From an uncultured delta proteobacterium (GTDB taxonomy: Bacteria; Desulfobacterota; Binatia; Binatales; Binataceae): DNA of 64,000 bases. Position numbers and translations under genes: made by a program. The stretch lies in contig CAWCDG010000002.1 of the NCBI GenBank assembly GCA_963794325.1, positions 1 through 64,000 on the forward strand, in the 5' to 3' direction. The notes under the pieces were generated by a model. It made no database searches and was not told the origin of the DNA. It was given only the letters and a program-made list of their open reading frames with translations. Positions 30,630 to 41,000 of the stretch are shown here, piece after piece; the first letter of the stretch is position 1; each line of letters begins with the position of its first letter.

Positions 30630-31057
30630 TGGCCGGGGAGAGTGATAACTGGCCGTTGGATTTTAGAATCTTCGCCGGCCTGTGCATTCTGTGGGCCGCG
30701 GTTTTGCTGACGCGCTCAATCTTCAACCTGTCCGCAGGAGGAGCGCCGCTCGAGGACGTAATCTTCGGGGTAAAATTCTACGCGAACCAGGCGCGCGTCA
30801 CGATGGCTCTGCAAGCCATTGTCATCGCCGCGTTCGGCCTTGGAATCCTGACGCGGCAGCGCTGGGCCTTGATCCTCGCGCTCGCCTATATGGCGCAAGT
30901 CGTCATCGGCCACGTGATCTTCATCACGTCAAACCTCGGCGTCGAATCCCAGCGCGTCCACGTAAAGATAGCGTCAGCCGAAGCGCCGTTGATCTTGCTG
31001 ATAGCACTGTACGTTGTGTTCCGATCCCGCCCGCTCCTGCGTCAGCCGTCCGTCTGA
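30629..31057 (+). CDS. Hypothetical membrane protein (4 TM)
   Basis: ATG overlaps the previous TGA; four hydrophobic segments. Confidence 0.65.
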   Translation: MAGESDNWPLDFRIFAGLCILWAAVLLTRSIFNLSAGGAPLEDVIFGVKFYANQARVTMALQAIVIAAFGLGILTRQRWALILALAYMAQVVIGHVIFITSNLGVESQRVHVKIASAEAPLILLIALYVVFRSRPLLRQPSV

Positions 31058-31074
31058 GGCGAGCCCGAAATCGT

Positions 31075-31170
31075 TTACCCGTCCGTGCGAGACGAGCGAC
31101 TCGGCAATCGGCAGAGCATCAGATCGAGGCCCGGACTTTCCTCGAAGTCGCGCCGACTCCTCGTCAGAAA
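31075..31170 (-). pseudogene. 3' remnant of a vapC-type PIN toxin gene
   Basis: Encodes FLTRSRRDFEESPGLDLMLCRLPSRSSRTDG*, matching the C-terminus of 48890..49327 (75/96 nt, ungapped, hand count). Confidence 0.85.
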
Positions 31171-31177
31171 CTCCCAA

Positions 31178-31663
31178 TCATTTCCATGGCAGGCGTTGGC
31201 CGAGACTATGCGTGAGGCCCTTGATATCCTTGGGCGAGTATACGTGCCGAGGCGGCGTCTCGAATGTTTCATACGGGCGGAGGCGCAACACCACCCGCTG
31301 CTCGGCGACCGCGCCTTGGCGAACTTGTCCACGCACCGACTCAGGCATCGGCTGGCCCGCCATCACTCCGGCAATTCTCATCATCAGATCCGTCGCGGCC
31401 TCGACATCAGTTTCGACAGACGCGTCGCAATATACCTGCAGGTACGTCGGTGGCCACTTTTCATCCAGCACGCAAAGCGAGATCTTGGGATTTCTCTGGA
31501 CCGCCTTCGCCTTTCCTCGCTCGACCATCGTCGAGACCAAAATGTCGTCTCCGTCCATCACGTAGTAGACGATCGTCATCGATGGACCATCGTGCCTACG
31601 ACCGTACCCAAACACGCACGTGCGATGCGCGCGGACAAATTCGCGCCGTTCCTCTGCAGTCAT
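31178..31663 (-). CDS. Pyridoxamine 5'-phosphate oxidase-like (PPOX class, possibly F420-dependent) oxidoreductase
   Basis: MT.EE..EF, R.DGP, KAKAVQRNPKISLCV, EQRVVLRLRP. Confidence 0.8.
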   Translation of the reverse strand: MTAEERREFVRAHRTCVFGYGRRHDGPSMTIVYYVMDGDDILVSTMVERGKAKAVQRNPKISLCVLDEKWPPTYLQVYCDASVETDVEAATDLMMRIAGVMAGQPMPESVRGQVRQGAVAEQRVVLRLRPYETFETPPRHVYSPKDIKGLTHSLGQRLPWK

Positions 31664-31705
31664 CGTATGTTTCTCCCTTCTGCCATGATCGGCTCTTGTC
31701 GACGC

Positions 31706-34700
31706 TTAATTGAAGAGCGCCTGCGTCATCTCGACATGGCGCGGCATTCCGATCTGTTTGTAAGTCTCCAGCGCTCGGTGAAGTAACGTTTGCGCTTTTT
31801 TGCGATCACCTGAGGCATCGCGGTCGATTAGCATCATCGCGTGGAAGCGCCGAATCTCAGCCTGTTCAAGACGATGAGGAACAGCTTCGGCCTGCTGCAT
31901 TGCGGTCTGAAAGTGATCTTCAGCGGCTTCCCACTTGCGTGCCGCAGCCGCGGCGATACCTGCGATCGTCTGCGTGAAGCGAGGGATTCCCCAAAGCATC
32001 ACCGCGTCGGTGCCGACTAATTCACAAGCGAGCGGGTAGAGCTGCGCAGCTCGCGATCGCTCGCCGAGCATGACGAGACCTTCGATCGCAAGCGCGAGCA
32101 TCCACCACGAACCCACGGCGTTCGGTTGGCCGCTACGAGGGATAAGCGCGCGCTTTTGATCAAGGATTGCCAGCGCGCCATCGCTATCGCCTGCGTAAGC
32201 CATCAGTTGAAAAATCGTCCCGACGCCGATTCCGTCGACGGCGCTCCCCACTTCAAATGGGCGCGACGCTTGAGCCAGCAACAGAGCGCCCGGCCAATCT
32301 CCACGAAAAAAAGCAAGCACACTTAGTTGCGACCTGAAGACTGCTTCCCAGAAGCCGAAATACTCAGTTGGACGTTTCGAAATTTGATCCATGACAGTTT
32401 CAAGTTTCGCGAGGTCGGGTGCTTTGCCAAATTCCGTCCAAGCTCGCGTGCTGAGGCACCGCACGAAAGAAAAAGTATCTCCGATCTTGCTCGCCAGCGG
32501 TTCGAGCTCGTCTGCCATTTTCAGCGCCTCTTCCATGCGTCCAAGATACAGAAGTGTCTGATGCAGAACGCGAAGCTGTAAGGAGCGCTGCCAGGCAGGC
32601 GTTTCCGATCCGCCGAGTTGTTCACAGTTGAAACCGTCTGAAGCAGCTTCTCTCAATCGAAAGAAGAGCGAGTTTACCGTCAGCCTCGCGCCAAGCACCC
32701 TCGCCTCAAGCTTTGGATCGGAGAGCTGGGACGCAATCTTCAAACCGTCCCGCAACGCCTCGTCGGCCGGTTCATAGGCACCAGCGGCTCCGTTGGCCTG
32801 CCCCAAGGTAGCGAGGAGACGTACGCGGTCTGCGCTCACATCGGCTTGAAGGTAGGCGAGGCCGCGCGCAGCTATTTTGACTGTTTCCTCTAAACGGCCC
32901 GCGAAGAAAAGGGCATCAGTCAACTCGGTAAAGCTCCGGCCGATCATCTCCCGATCTCCGAGATTGAAATAAATTTCCAGTGCCTCATGGAGATTGGCGG
33001 ACACCGCGTCCCACAGCTCGAGCCCGCGCTCGGCCATCGCGAGGCTCGCCAGCAAGTCGGCCCTTTGTCTTGGGTCAACGGCGCCTGGATGCGAAAGGAC
33101 GGACCGAAAGCTGCGCCGTGCTTCCTCAAATGCTGCAGCGCCGAGAGCGCTCTTGCCGGCCAGCGTCAGGTAACTGACCACTCTACTGTCGTCGGCAAAC
33201 GATCCTGCCTTGAGGAGATGGTCTGCGATCTCTCCAGCGCGCTCATTCGCGGCACCGGGATAGAGCCGCTCGATCGCGTCGGCGACCGCGCGATGCAGTC
33301 GTTGTTTGCGCGCAACCGAGATGCCGGCAAGTAACGTCTGACGCACCAGCTCATGGGCGAAGGTGAACGGACTCTCAGGTCCCTGGGAGCTGGCGACGAT
33401 TATCCCCATCTGCTGCGCCTTTTCGAAAACGGCGAAGAGTTCGTCAACGTCGATTTGGTTGACCTCCGTCAGGAGCCGAAAGCTGAAGCTGCGCCCGATT
33501 ACCGCGGCAGCCGTCAGCGCGCGTTTTTCATTCTCGTCGAGCCGCTCGAGGCGGCGGCTGATGATCAGGCGGACGTTGTCCGGAACGTCGATTTCGTCGA
33601 TTTCAATGTCGGTGCGGAACTGGCCGGCCGTATCGAAGACTTTCCCCTCTTCGACCAGATGCCGGTACACCTCCTCGACGAAGAATGGATACCCCTGGCT
33701 TTCCTCGAAGATGAGGCTCAGAAGACTTTCCGGAGCTTCGCGCTCGCTCAGCCCATGTAACATCTGCCCGACCGCGTCTTTGGATAGGCCGCTGAGCTTG
33801 TGCGGACGCACACCCATCCGAATCAGCTCCTCGAGAGTCCTTACCAACGCCGGATTGATATCCGAATATCCGCTGCGATAGGTCGCGATAATCACAGCCG
33901 GGAGCTGCGCGATGCGACGGGCCAGATACACGAAAAGCGCCAGGGTTGATTCGTCGGCCCAGTGAAGGTCTTCGACAAGGTACATGTTCGGCCGCGTTCG
34001 AGCCGCCTGCGCCATCGCCTCCGAAAAGCTTTGGAAAAGAAAACCGCGCTGTTGCGCAGCAGGTAATTCAAGGGGTTCGGGAAGATCGGGGAAAATTCGC
34101 CGAAGACTCGGTGCGATTTGAGCCAATTCTGCCGCGTAGGGCCCGATCTGCCCACGGTAGTCTTCGAGGCTCGCCGCTTGCGCCAGATTATTTTCGATGA
34201 TCTCCGCGAACGGAAGGTAAGGATACTGCTCGTCTCTCTCATAGCAATGACCAACCGAGCATCGGAAGCCTTTGCGCGACGCATAGTCCGCCATCTCCAT
34301 AGCCAGCCGGGTTTTGCCGACGCCGGGTCCGTCCCACAGCATGACAATCGATCCGTGGCCGCTTCGCGCACGATCGATGATCGCGCGAATTGCGCCGCCT
34401 TCAGATTCCCGTCCCACGAAAGCAGTTCGTTCAGCCAGCGAGAACGGAGACACCTCCTGCATTACAGGCGAGGCTGGCGGATTATCGGCGTGCGCTGGAG
34501 CCGGCGCGCCGCTCGATGCTGGCCGCGCTGCCGGCTCGATCGTCGCGGCAGCGAATTCCCATGCGATCGGGAATTTGGGGTCGGGCTGATAGGCACAGAA
34601 GTTCCCGGTCCTGATGCATCGCGAAAGAATATCGGCGAGCGCGGCATCGCTCTGCGCGATTCTTTCGAGTACCGACTTGATCGTCTTGCCGATGCTCTGC

Positions 34701-35242
34701 CGGGCTCGTTCTGAAGCCGAGACCGCCCGCCGATTGCGTCCGCCGAGTCCGACTGCGCGCGAGAGCTCTCTGCTCAGCGCATCGATCTCCTGTTCCGCCT
34801 GCTCGGCGCGATCGACGTTTCCCGCGCCCTTGGCTACTTCCAGTTCTTCGCGCAGATCGGAAAGCCGTCGCCGGTATGAGGCCTTGGCTTGATCGTCGAG
34901 CATTTCGCCCGCGTCGCCCAGACTGCCGACGTGGATTCCCGCCTTTTCGAGATCGTCATCGCCGCGCGGCAGATCTCGCGCGGACTGATCGGTTTCGGCA
35001 TCGTCGCGCTGTCCCGCGATTCCACCTGCCAAATCGAGCACGTGGAATTCGACCGCGGGATGACGCAGCAGATGTGCGAGGTATCCCAGCCCTTTGGAGT
35101 CCTTCAGACGAAAGGATTTCCCAGTGTAGCCTACAGTCCAGTACTCGCTGTGTTTGAGGAACACCCCTTTTTGGACAGGAAGGACCGTCGGCTTCGCATC
35201 GCCGACACCAGTCAAGCCAGCGCCTCGCGTCTCACGTGGCAT
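31706..35242 (-). CDS. Large STAND-type AAA ATPase with TPR-like repeats and an N-terminal regulatory domain
   Basis: FVGRESE, Walker A GPGVGKT, Walker B VEDLHWAD, GYPFFVEE, FAHELVR; start uncertain (35242 or 35350). Confidence 0.85.
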   Translation of the reverse strand: MPRETRGAGLTGVGDAKPTVLPVQKGVFLKHSEYWTVGYTGKSFRLKDSKGLGYLAHLLRHPAVEFHVLDLAGGIAGQRDDAETDQSARDLPRGDDDLEKAGIHVGSLGDAGEMLDDQAKASYRRRLSDLREELEVAKGAGNVDRAEQAEQEIDALSRELSRAVGLGGRNRRAVSASERARQSIGKTIKSVLERIAQSDAALADILSRCIRTGNFCAYQPDPKFPIAWEFAAATIEPAARPASSGAPAPAHADNPPASPVMQEVSPFSLAERTAFVGRESEGGAIRAIIDRARSGHGSIVMLWDGPGVGKTRLAMEMADYASRKGFRCSVGHCYERDEQYPYLPFAEIIENNLAQAASLEDYRGQIGPYAAELAQIAPSLRRIFPDLPEPLELPAAQQRGFLFQSFSEAMAQAARTRPNMYLVEDLHWADESTLALFVYLARRIAQLPAVIIATYRSGYSDINPALVRTLEELIRMGVRPHKLSGLSKDAVGQMLHGLSEREAPESLLSLIFEESQGYPFFVEEVYRHLVEEGKVFDTAGQFRTDIEIDEIDVPDNVRLIISRRLERLDENEKRALTAAAVIGRSFSFRLLTEVNQIDVDELFAVFEKAQQMGIIVASSQGPESPFTFAHELVRQTLLAGISVARKQRLHRAVADAIERLYPGAANERAGEIADHLLKAGSFADDSRVVSYLTLAGKSALGAAAFEEARRSFRSVLSHPGAVDPRQRADLLASLAMAERGLELWDAVSANLHEALEIYFNLGDREMIGRSFTELTDALFFAGRLEETVKIAARGLAYLQADVSADRVRLLATLGQANGAAGAYEPADEALRDGLKIASQLSDPKLEARVLGARLTVNSLFFRLREAASDGFNCEQLGGSETPAWQRSLQLRVLHQTLLYLGRMEEALKMADELEPLASKIGDTFSFVRCLSTRAWTEFGKAPDLAKLETVMDQISKRPTEYFGFWEAVFRSQLSVLAFFRGDWPGALLLAQASRPFEVGSAVDGIGVGTIFQLMAYAGDSDGALAILDQKRALIPRSGQPNAVGSWWMLALAIEGLVMLGERSRAAQLYPLACELVGTDAVMLWGIPRFTQTIAGIAAAAARKWEAAEDHFQTAMQQAEAVPHRLEQAEIRRFHAMMLIDRDASGDRKKAQTLLHRALETYKQIGMPRHVEMTQALFN

Positions 35243-35566
35243 CGGAAGTGTCTCCAGGCTGTCCGAGCGAATCTGGTGACCGAGAGGCGCATTATCGATC
35301 AGGACCTGGCGCGCGGCAAACCGTTTAGAACACCGATTTGGACCGGTCATTTTTACATTACCGGGGCGTTTTCTCAGGTGGTTTCGGCCGCTCAGATTTT
35401 GTGCGGCGATTTTTCACGCCTGTTCAAAAGCAGAGGGTGCCTGAGACGTGAATTTGCGCCGCCAAAAAAATCGCCCACACGGCTGGAGCACGGCTTTCTG
35501 TCCCCTCCCCCAGAAACAGGTTTCGGCCGTGTGGGCTTAAAACATTGGAAACCTTTGAGGTACGCA

Positions 35567-35923
35567 ATGGCAAAAACAGCCCAGGCTCATTGGCAGAAAT
35601 CGCTGGTCATGTCTCTGGCACTGGTCATCGCCGCCGGATCGTCCGCGATCGCCGCTCAGAATGCCGCAGATCTGTACTCGGAAAAATGCGCCGCATGCCA
35701 TGGAGACAAGGGCAACGGTGACGGCCCGGCCGGCCAGGCTATGACGCCGCCTCCACAGCCGTTTTCAACTGCCTTGAACAACAAGAGCGATACCTGGATT
35801 GGGACCGTGATTACGAAGGGTGGTCCTGCCGTTGGGATGACGCCGGCGATGCCGCCGCATCCGACCTTAACCAGCGACCAGGTCAAGGCCCTGACTTCAT
35901 ACATCAAAGGACTCAAGTCATAG
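35567..35923 (+). CDS. Periplasmic monoheme cytochrome c
   Basis: Signal peptide, CAACH, distal MPP; 3' part of ORF 34889..35923. Confidence 0.9.
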   Translation: MAKTAQAHWQKSLVMSLALVIAAGSSAIAAQNAADLYSEKCAACHGDKGNGDGPAGQAMTPPPQPFSTALNNKSDTWIGTVITKGGPAVGMTPAMPPHPTLTSDQVKALTSYIKGLKS

Positions 35924-36006
35924 AGGCCAGCATTCACCGTCATGTCTATGCCGCTAAGGCTGGCATTGGCGCAATAAATTCAAGGCAGACCTATCGAGGC
36001 AAACCT

Positions 36007-36462
36007 ATGATTCGGCTCAAAATCAATGGCGTCGAGAAGTCGTTCGATGGTGACCCGCAAATGCCCTTGCTTTGGTATCTGCGCGATGACTTAGGACTGA
36101 TGGGGACCAAGTTTGGCTGCGGCGTAGGTCTTTGCGGGGCTTGTACCGTGAATCAGGGCGGCAAGGCGATTCGATCTTGCGTAACGCCGATGAGCACGGC
36201 AGCCGCGAGCGAGATTACAACTATCGAGGGTCTCGGGCGCGGCGGACTCCATCCAGTGCAAAAGGCGTGGATTCGGATCAACGTGCCTCAGTGCGGCTAC
36301 TGCCAGTCCGGCCAGATGATGCAGGCTGCGGCGTTACTCAAGAAGAACCACAAACCCAACGACGCAGATATCGACAAGGCGATGGCGGGTAACATCTGCC
36401 GATGCGGCACCTATCAAAAGATTCGCGCTGCTATCAAGGCGGCGGCGGAGGAAGTCGCATGA
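36007..36462 (+). CDS. 2Fe-2S subunit of a xanthine oxidase family enzyme (IorA/CoxS-like)
   Basis: [32 protein letters not shown]. Confidence 0.95.
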   Translation: MIRLKINGVEKSFDGDPQMPLLWYLRDDLGLMGTKFGCGVGLCGACTVNQGGKAIRSCVTPMSTAAASEITTIEGLGRGGLHPVQKAWIRINVPQCGYCQSGQMMQAAALLKKNHKPNDADIDKAMAGNICRCGTYQKIRAAIKAAAEEVA

Positions 36463-37380
36463 ACGCAATCGCAAATGTCAGCCGCCGGGAAATCGAACTC
36501 CAATACCTGACAGAAAATTGGAAACAGGAGACCATACGATGAGCGTCATCGATTCAACGAATCAAACACCCCAGCGCTTGGTGAGGCACCCCGACGGACA
36601 GACGGCGGACACCAGACCTACTTTCCGGCAACCGAAGATCGATCAGCCTGTTCCTACCCCGGCATCAAGATTTCAGAAAGCACAACCTGGAGTTCCGGAC
36701 TCGCAATTGACTCGTGAGGCAACTGGACTCTTGCATGAGTACAGCACGTCCTTGCTTTTTAACCACTCTCATCGCGTCTTCTTTTGGGCCAAGGAGCTAG
36801 GACGACAGAGCGGACAGACGTTCGATGAGGAGCTCCTTTTCGTCTGCGCAGCCTTCCATGATTTAGGCTTGCTGAGAAGGTTCAGCAGTGCTGACGACCG
36901 GTTCGAGGTGGACAGTGCAAACGCCCTTCGGCAGTTCCTCGAGCGCCACAGCGTTCCCACGGCCCGGATTCAAGTGGCCTGGGACGCGATCGCCTTACAC
37001 ACCACTCCGGGAATTGCAGCGTACAAACCTATCGAGGTCGAGCTTCTGTACAACGGTGTAGGACTCGACGTCCTGGGTATCGGCTACGAGCATGTTCCAG
37101 AAGATTTCAGAAAGAAGGTGGTCGCTGAGTATCCGCGGGTCAACTTTAAACAGGATATTGCAAAGGCCTTTCTGGGTGGTTTTGAGCTGAAGACCCAGAC
37201 GGCCGAGGGTACCTGCAACGAGGATATCTGTTCGCACTTCATTCGCAACTACAAGCGCAGCAATTTCTATGATCAGATTCAGAACTCACCCTTTCAGAAC
37301 TCCTAGAGACATTCACGCCGCGATCGAGGCGGCGGCAGAGGAGAGCGCATGAACTCAATCGCAAATGTCAGCCGACGCGA
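36421..37380 (+). repeat. 70-bp imperfect direct repeat (36421-36490 and 37311-37380) flanking the HD gene
   Basis: Both copies encode the small-subunit end ([26 protein letters not shown]) overlapping the large-subunit start ([22 protein letters not shown]); 59/70 nt by hand. Confidence 0.9.
36539..37306 (+). CDS. HD-domain metal-dependent hydrolase
   Basis: FNHSHRV, AAFHDLGL, RFEVD, WDAIALHTTPGI; AGGAG RBS before ATG 36539. Confidence 0.88.
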   Translation: MSVIDSTNQTPQRLVRHPDGQTADTRPTFRQPKIDQPVPTPASRFQKAQPGVPDSQLTREATGLLHEYSTSLLFNHSHRVFFWAKELGRQSGQTFDEELLFVCAAFHDLGLLRRFSSADDRFEVDSANALRQFLERHSVPTARIQVAWDAIALHTTPGIAAYKPIEVELLYNGVGLDVLGIGYEHVPEDFRKKVVAEYPRVNFKQDIAKAFLGGFELKTQTAEGTCNEDICSHFIRNYKRSNFYDQIQNSPFQNS

Positions 37381-39640
37381 GTTCATCAAAGGACTATTCT
37401 CAACCGGTGCGTTGGTGCTCGGTGTATCGCTAGTCCCCGACATCCTGCGGGCCCAAACCTCCTCTACCGGCGCGAGGCTCGAAGATTCGGTGCTGCGGCC
37501 AAACGTTTTCGTCGCCATCCAATCCGACGATACGATTTCTATCGTTGCGGCGCGTTCCGAAATGGGTACCGGCATCAGCACCGCATTGCCTTCGGTACTC
37601 GCCGATGAACTCGACGCTGACTGGACCAAAGTCAGGATACATCAGGGCGATAGCGACAAACGTTACGGCGACCAGGACACCGACGGCTCACACTCGGTGC
37701 GCAGCTTCTTCGACGTGATGCGCACTTGCGGCGCGTCCGCACGCTACATGCTGATCCAGGCCGCGGCCACACAATGGAACGTGCCCGCCGCCACTTGTGA
37801 GACTGAGCTTGGCACGGTGATTCATCGCCTATCCGGACGAAAGGCGACCTATGGACAGCTCGCCGCGTCTGCGTCGAAACAGTCTGTGCCGGACCCGGCG
37901 AAATTGCACTTCAAGCCCAAAAGCGCGTGGCGCTACATCGGTAAGGACACTCCCAGGTACAACATCGACGCGCTATGCACGGGGCAGCCAGTCTTCGGGA
38001 TCGATCAAAAGATAGCAGGGATGGTGTACGCATCGGTGGAGCGGCCGCCGGTTTTTGGCGGCAAGCTCAAGTCTTACGACGATAAGGAAGCACTGCGCGT
38101 CCGAGGCGTTCATCAGACCGTGGCTATCCCGCCGTTCGATCCTCCAGTCGCAATGCAAGCGCTGGGTGGAATCGCGGTGATAGCCGATAACACGTGGGCA
38201 GCGCTTCAAGGCCGCCAAAAGCTAAACATCGTCTGGGACAATGGTCCCAACGCGACCTACGACTCGACGAAATACCACGATGAGTTGAAAGCAACTTCGC
38301 ATCAGCCGTGCAAAGTCATTCGCAATGCGGGTGACGTCGAAGCGCAGTTTGCCAACGGCGGCAAGATTATCGAAGCCGACTACTACGTGCCGTTGCTCGC
38401 ACACGCGCCGATGGAACCTCCGGTAGCTCTCGCGGACTACCGCGATGGCAAGGTGACGGTGTGGGCGCCGACCCAGGATCCGCAGACCGTGCAGAGCGCG
38501 ATAGCCAGCGAACTGGACATTTCAGTGGCGAACGTTACCTGCCACGTAACTTTGCTTGGTGGCGGGTTCGGACGAAAGTCGATGGCCGATTTCTCGGTCG
38601 AAGCAGCCTACCTGTCGAAAGCGATAGGGCGTCCGGTGAAGGTCACGTGGTCGCGCGAGGACGATATCAAGTTCGATTACTACAACTCGACCTCGGCAAT
38701 GTATATGAAGGCGGCTGTGGGAAAGGACGGCAAGCCCACCGCATGGCTCCAGCGATCAACCTTTCCTCCTATCACATCGCTATTCAAGCTCGATGCGGTC
38801 TATGGCGATCCGGGACATCTCGCGCAGGGCTGGACTGATATCCCATTCGACATACCAAATCTACGCGTTGAAAACGGTCCGGCTAAAGCCCACGTGCGCA
38901 TCGGATGGCTGCGCTCGGTGGCTAACATCTATCATGCGTTCGCGGTGCACTGTTTCGCCGATGAGCTAGCACACAACGCAGGGCGCGACCCTCTCGATTA
39001 TCTACTCGATTTGATCGGACCGCCCCGGATACTCAACTTGAACGGCGCCGACTATCCGAACTACGGCGCGTCATACCTGACTTACCCAATCGACACTGGA
39101 CGGCTGCGAGGAGTCCTGGAACTCGCAGCGGAAAAATCCGGATGGGCAAAACGCAAATCAGGCCACGGAACCGGATGGGGCATCGCGGTCCATCGCAGCT
39201 TCACTACTTACGTAGCGTCGGTGGTACAGGTCGAAGTGAATCCCAAAGGAGAAATTAAAATCCCTCGCGTCGACATGGCGGTCGATGCGGGACAGATCGT
39301 CGATCCTATGTTGGTGCGGACGCAGTTCGAAGGCGCCGCCGTATTTGGAACCAGTGTGGCGCGCACCGGCGAGATAACCGCTACCAATGGCGTGATCGAC
39401 CAGTCCAACTTTTACGACTACCCGGTCGCACGGATTAATGAAGCGCCGTTCCAGACCAACGTCCATATCGTCGAGTCGAGCGCTCCGCCTGGAGGTGTGG
39501 GTGAGCCGGGCGTGCCGCCGTTCATCGCGGCCCTCTGCAACGCAATTTACGCAGCAACCGGCAAACGAGTCCGGGAACTCCCGTTGTCGAAGATCGATCT
39601 TGCACGACAGGCCGGGGCTTCCAAATCGCCGAGCTCCTGA
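37349..39640 (+). CDS. Molybdopterin-binding subunit of a xanthine oxidase family enzyme (IorB-like), Tat-exported
   Basis: SRREFIK twin-arginine motif, RSEMGTG, HAPMEP, LLGGGFGRK, GGVGEPGVPP. Confidence 0.95.
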   Translation: MNSIANVSRREFIKGLFSTGALVLGVSLVPDILRAQTSSTGARLEDSVLRPNVFVAIQSDDTISIVAARSEMGTGISTALPSVLADELDADWTKVRIHQGDSDKRYGDQDTDGSHSVRSFFDVMRTCGASARYMLIQAAATQWNVPAATCETELGTVIHRLSGRKATYGQLAASASKQSVPDPAKLHFKPKSAWRYIGKDTPRYNIDALCTGQPVFGIDQKIAGMVYASVERPPVFGGKLKSYDDKEALRVRGVHQTVAIPPFDPPVAMQALGGIAVIADNTWAALQGRQKLNIVWDNGPNATYDSTKYHDELKATSHQPCKVIRNAGDVEAQFANGGKIIEADYYVPLLAHAPMEPPVALADYRDGKVTVWAPTQDPQTVQSAIASELDISVANVTCHVTLLGGGFGRKSMADFSVEAAYLSKAIGRPVKVTWSREDDIKFDYYNSTSAMYMKAAVGKDGKPTAWLQRSTFPPITSLFKLDAVYGDPGHLAQGWTDIPFDIPNLRVENGPAKAHVRIGWLRSVANIYHAFAVHCFADELAHNAGRDPLDYLLDLIGPPRILNLNGADYPNYGASYLTYPIDTGRLRGVLELAAEKSGWAKRKSGHGTGWGIAVHRSFTTYVASVVQVEVNPKGEIKIPRVDMAVDAGQIVDPMLVRTQFEGAAVFGTSVARTGEITATNGVIDQSNFYDYPVARINEAPFQTNVHIVESSAPPGGVGEPGVPPFIAALCNAIYAATGKRVRELPLSKIDLARQAGASKSPSS

Positions 39641-39671
39641 TTGCTGCCGAAGCACGAAGTGATTCGCGCGA

Positions 39672-40040
39672 TTACTCAAGCTTTGGCAGCTCATAAACGC
39701 GTACTTGGTCGGAGTCGATCTCGAGGACCTTGTTTATCATGTCGGGAAGCTTCGAGGCTTCGACGAGAGTCCGGCGAAACAACTCGCGTTGAAGGGCTGG
39801 CGTAACGTTCGGAAGGATCACGATCAAGCCGGCGTGCAATTCACTCTTTCCCATGAGCTTACGAAAATCACGCGCGTTGTTGGTAACGAATACGAATTCT
39901 TCGCGCAGAACCACTTCTCGGAGTTGATGATCCTTGAACCCCGACCATCCTCGCCGAGTCACATGATGGGCCTCGTGGCCGGCGTTGTTTGCAACATCCG
40001 TGAGACTGGTATGCAGGCATTCATCGATCAGAAACTTCAC
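39672..40040 (-). CDS. DUF5615-like PIN toxin
   Basis: KFLIDECL, GHEAHHV, VFVTNNARDF, HAGLI; GTG overlaps the antitoxin stop. Confidence 0.88.
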   Translation of the reverse strand: MKFLIDECLHTSLTDVANNAGHEAHHVTRRGWSGFKDHQLREVVLREEFVFVTNNARDFRKLMGKSELHAGLIVILPNVTPALQRELFRRTLVEASKLPDMINKVLEIDSDQVRVYELPKLE

Positions 40041-40666
40041 CCGAGAGTCTCGCTCCGCGAGATCTCCCGCCACGGCGGTTGGTGCCACGGATGGCGAGGT
40101 GGTCGGCCCTTGCGCGGGTAGGCCTGCGCGAAAATTTTGGCGAGTTCAAGCTGCCCGCGCTTGAGCGATGGGTAGCCTTCCAAAATCTCCTCTTCGGCCG
40201 CGCCCTGTTCGAGCATACTCGCGACTTCATAGACACCAATTCTGGTTCCGCGAATGCACGGCTCGCCACCCCTGATCTCGGGATCCTCAACGACCATTGC
40301 GCTAGCCCGTTCAAGACGCTCCAATCTGGAACGCACTTCTTTGAGAACCAACTTGAGATCGAGCAAGAGACGGCCTCCGAACACCGGCAATTCCTTCTTG
40401 GCCGGTTTCTTACTTCGCCAATATACGATGATCGCATCGTGAAGCTTGTCTTTGCCCTCACTGGTGAGTTGGACCAGGCGCGTATCAAGACCCTTCGCTA
40501 CGGCCAAGTAGAAGAGGTCCTGCTCGCTGAGCGCTCTCTTGCTTCCAGGCCTCCGGCGCTTTGGCTTCAAAGGCCCTTCGTCGATCTCGCGATGCACCGT
40601 CTTGACTGGAACGCCCGACACGACCGCCGCCTCGCTGGGAGTGAAGGTTCTCTCTTGATGCAGCAT
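40037..40666 (-). CDS. DUF433 antitoxin with an N-terminal HTH
   Basis: FTPSEAAVVSGVPVKTVHR; DPEIRGGEPCIRGTRIGV..EEILEGYPSL. Confidence 0.9.
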   Translation of the reverse strand: MLHQERTFTPSEAAVVSGVPVKTVHREIDEGPLKPKRRRPGSKRALSEQDLFYLAVAKGLDTRLVQLTSEGKDKLHDAIIVYWRSKKPAKKELPVFGGRLLLDLKLVLKEVRSRLERLERASAMVVEDPEIRGGEPCIRGTRIGVYEVASMLEQGAAEEEILEGYPSLKRGQLELAKIFAQAYPRKGRPPRHPWHQPPWREISRSETLG

Positions 40667-40848
40667 AATTCATCCTCTACGACGGAATAGTTTAGCAGGT
40701 CGGATCGGTTTGATCGATCCACACCGGAAGGGAGGCTCGCAGCTGACGGGAAGGTTTACACGCCGCCCGCTCCGGCGGACGGCGCAAGATTGGGAAGTAA
40801 CCGAATATGGGGCTGCGCTTTACGACTGTAAGTACTTGATTTCATAGC

Positions 40849-40891
40849 TGGGCGATACAGGTTTCGAACCTGCGACCTCCCGGCTTGTAAG
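40849..40891 (-). repeat. Degenerate copy of the tRNA-Val 3' half (att-like site)
   Basis: Matches 49796-49837 with 2 substitutions and 1 inserted base; same strand; starts at the anticodon loop. Confidence 0.92.
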
Positions 40892-41000
40892 CTGTGTTCC
40901 GAGCAGAAAACAGCGATACGATTCGAGATCATTTAGATCGCGGGAAGGGCGTGCCGCGTCTTGCACCATGAACTGCTTCCGCGCCGCAGATTCCCGGGCG

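Noticed and set aside
34889-35566. N-terminal part of the 344-aa ORF as a cytochrome fusion
   Set aside because: Overlaps the antisense ATPase gene and its promoter region; the signal peptide starts at 35567.
40849-40891. Second functional tRNA-Val
   Set aside because: Only the 3' half is present, with no D-arm, 5' acceptor strand or CCA.
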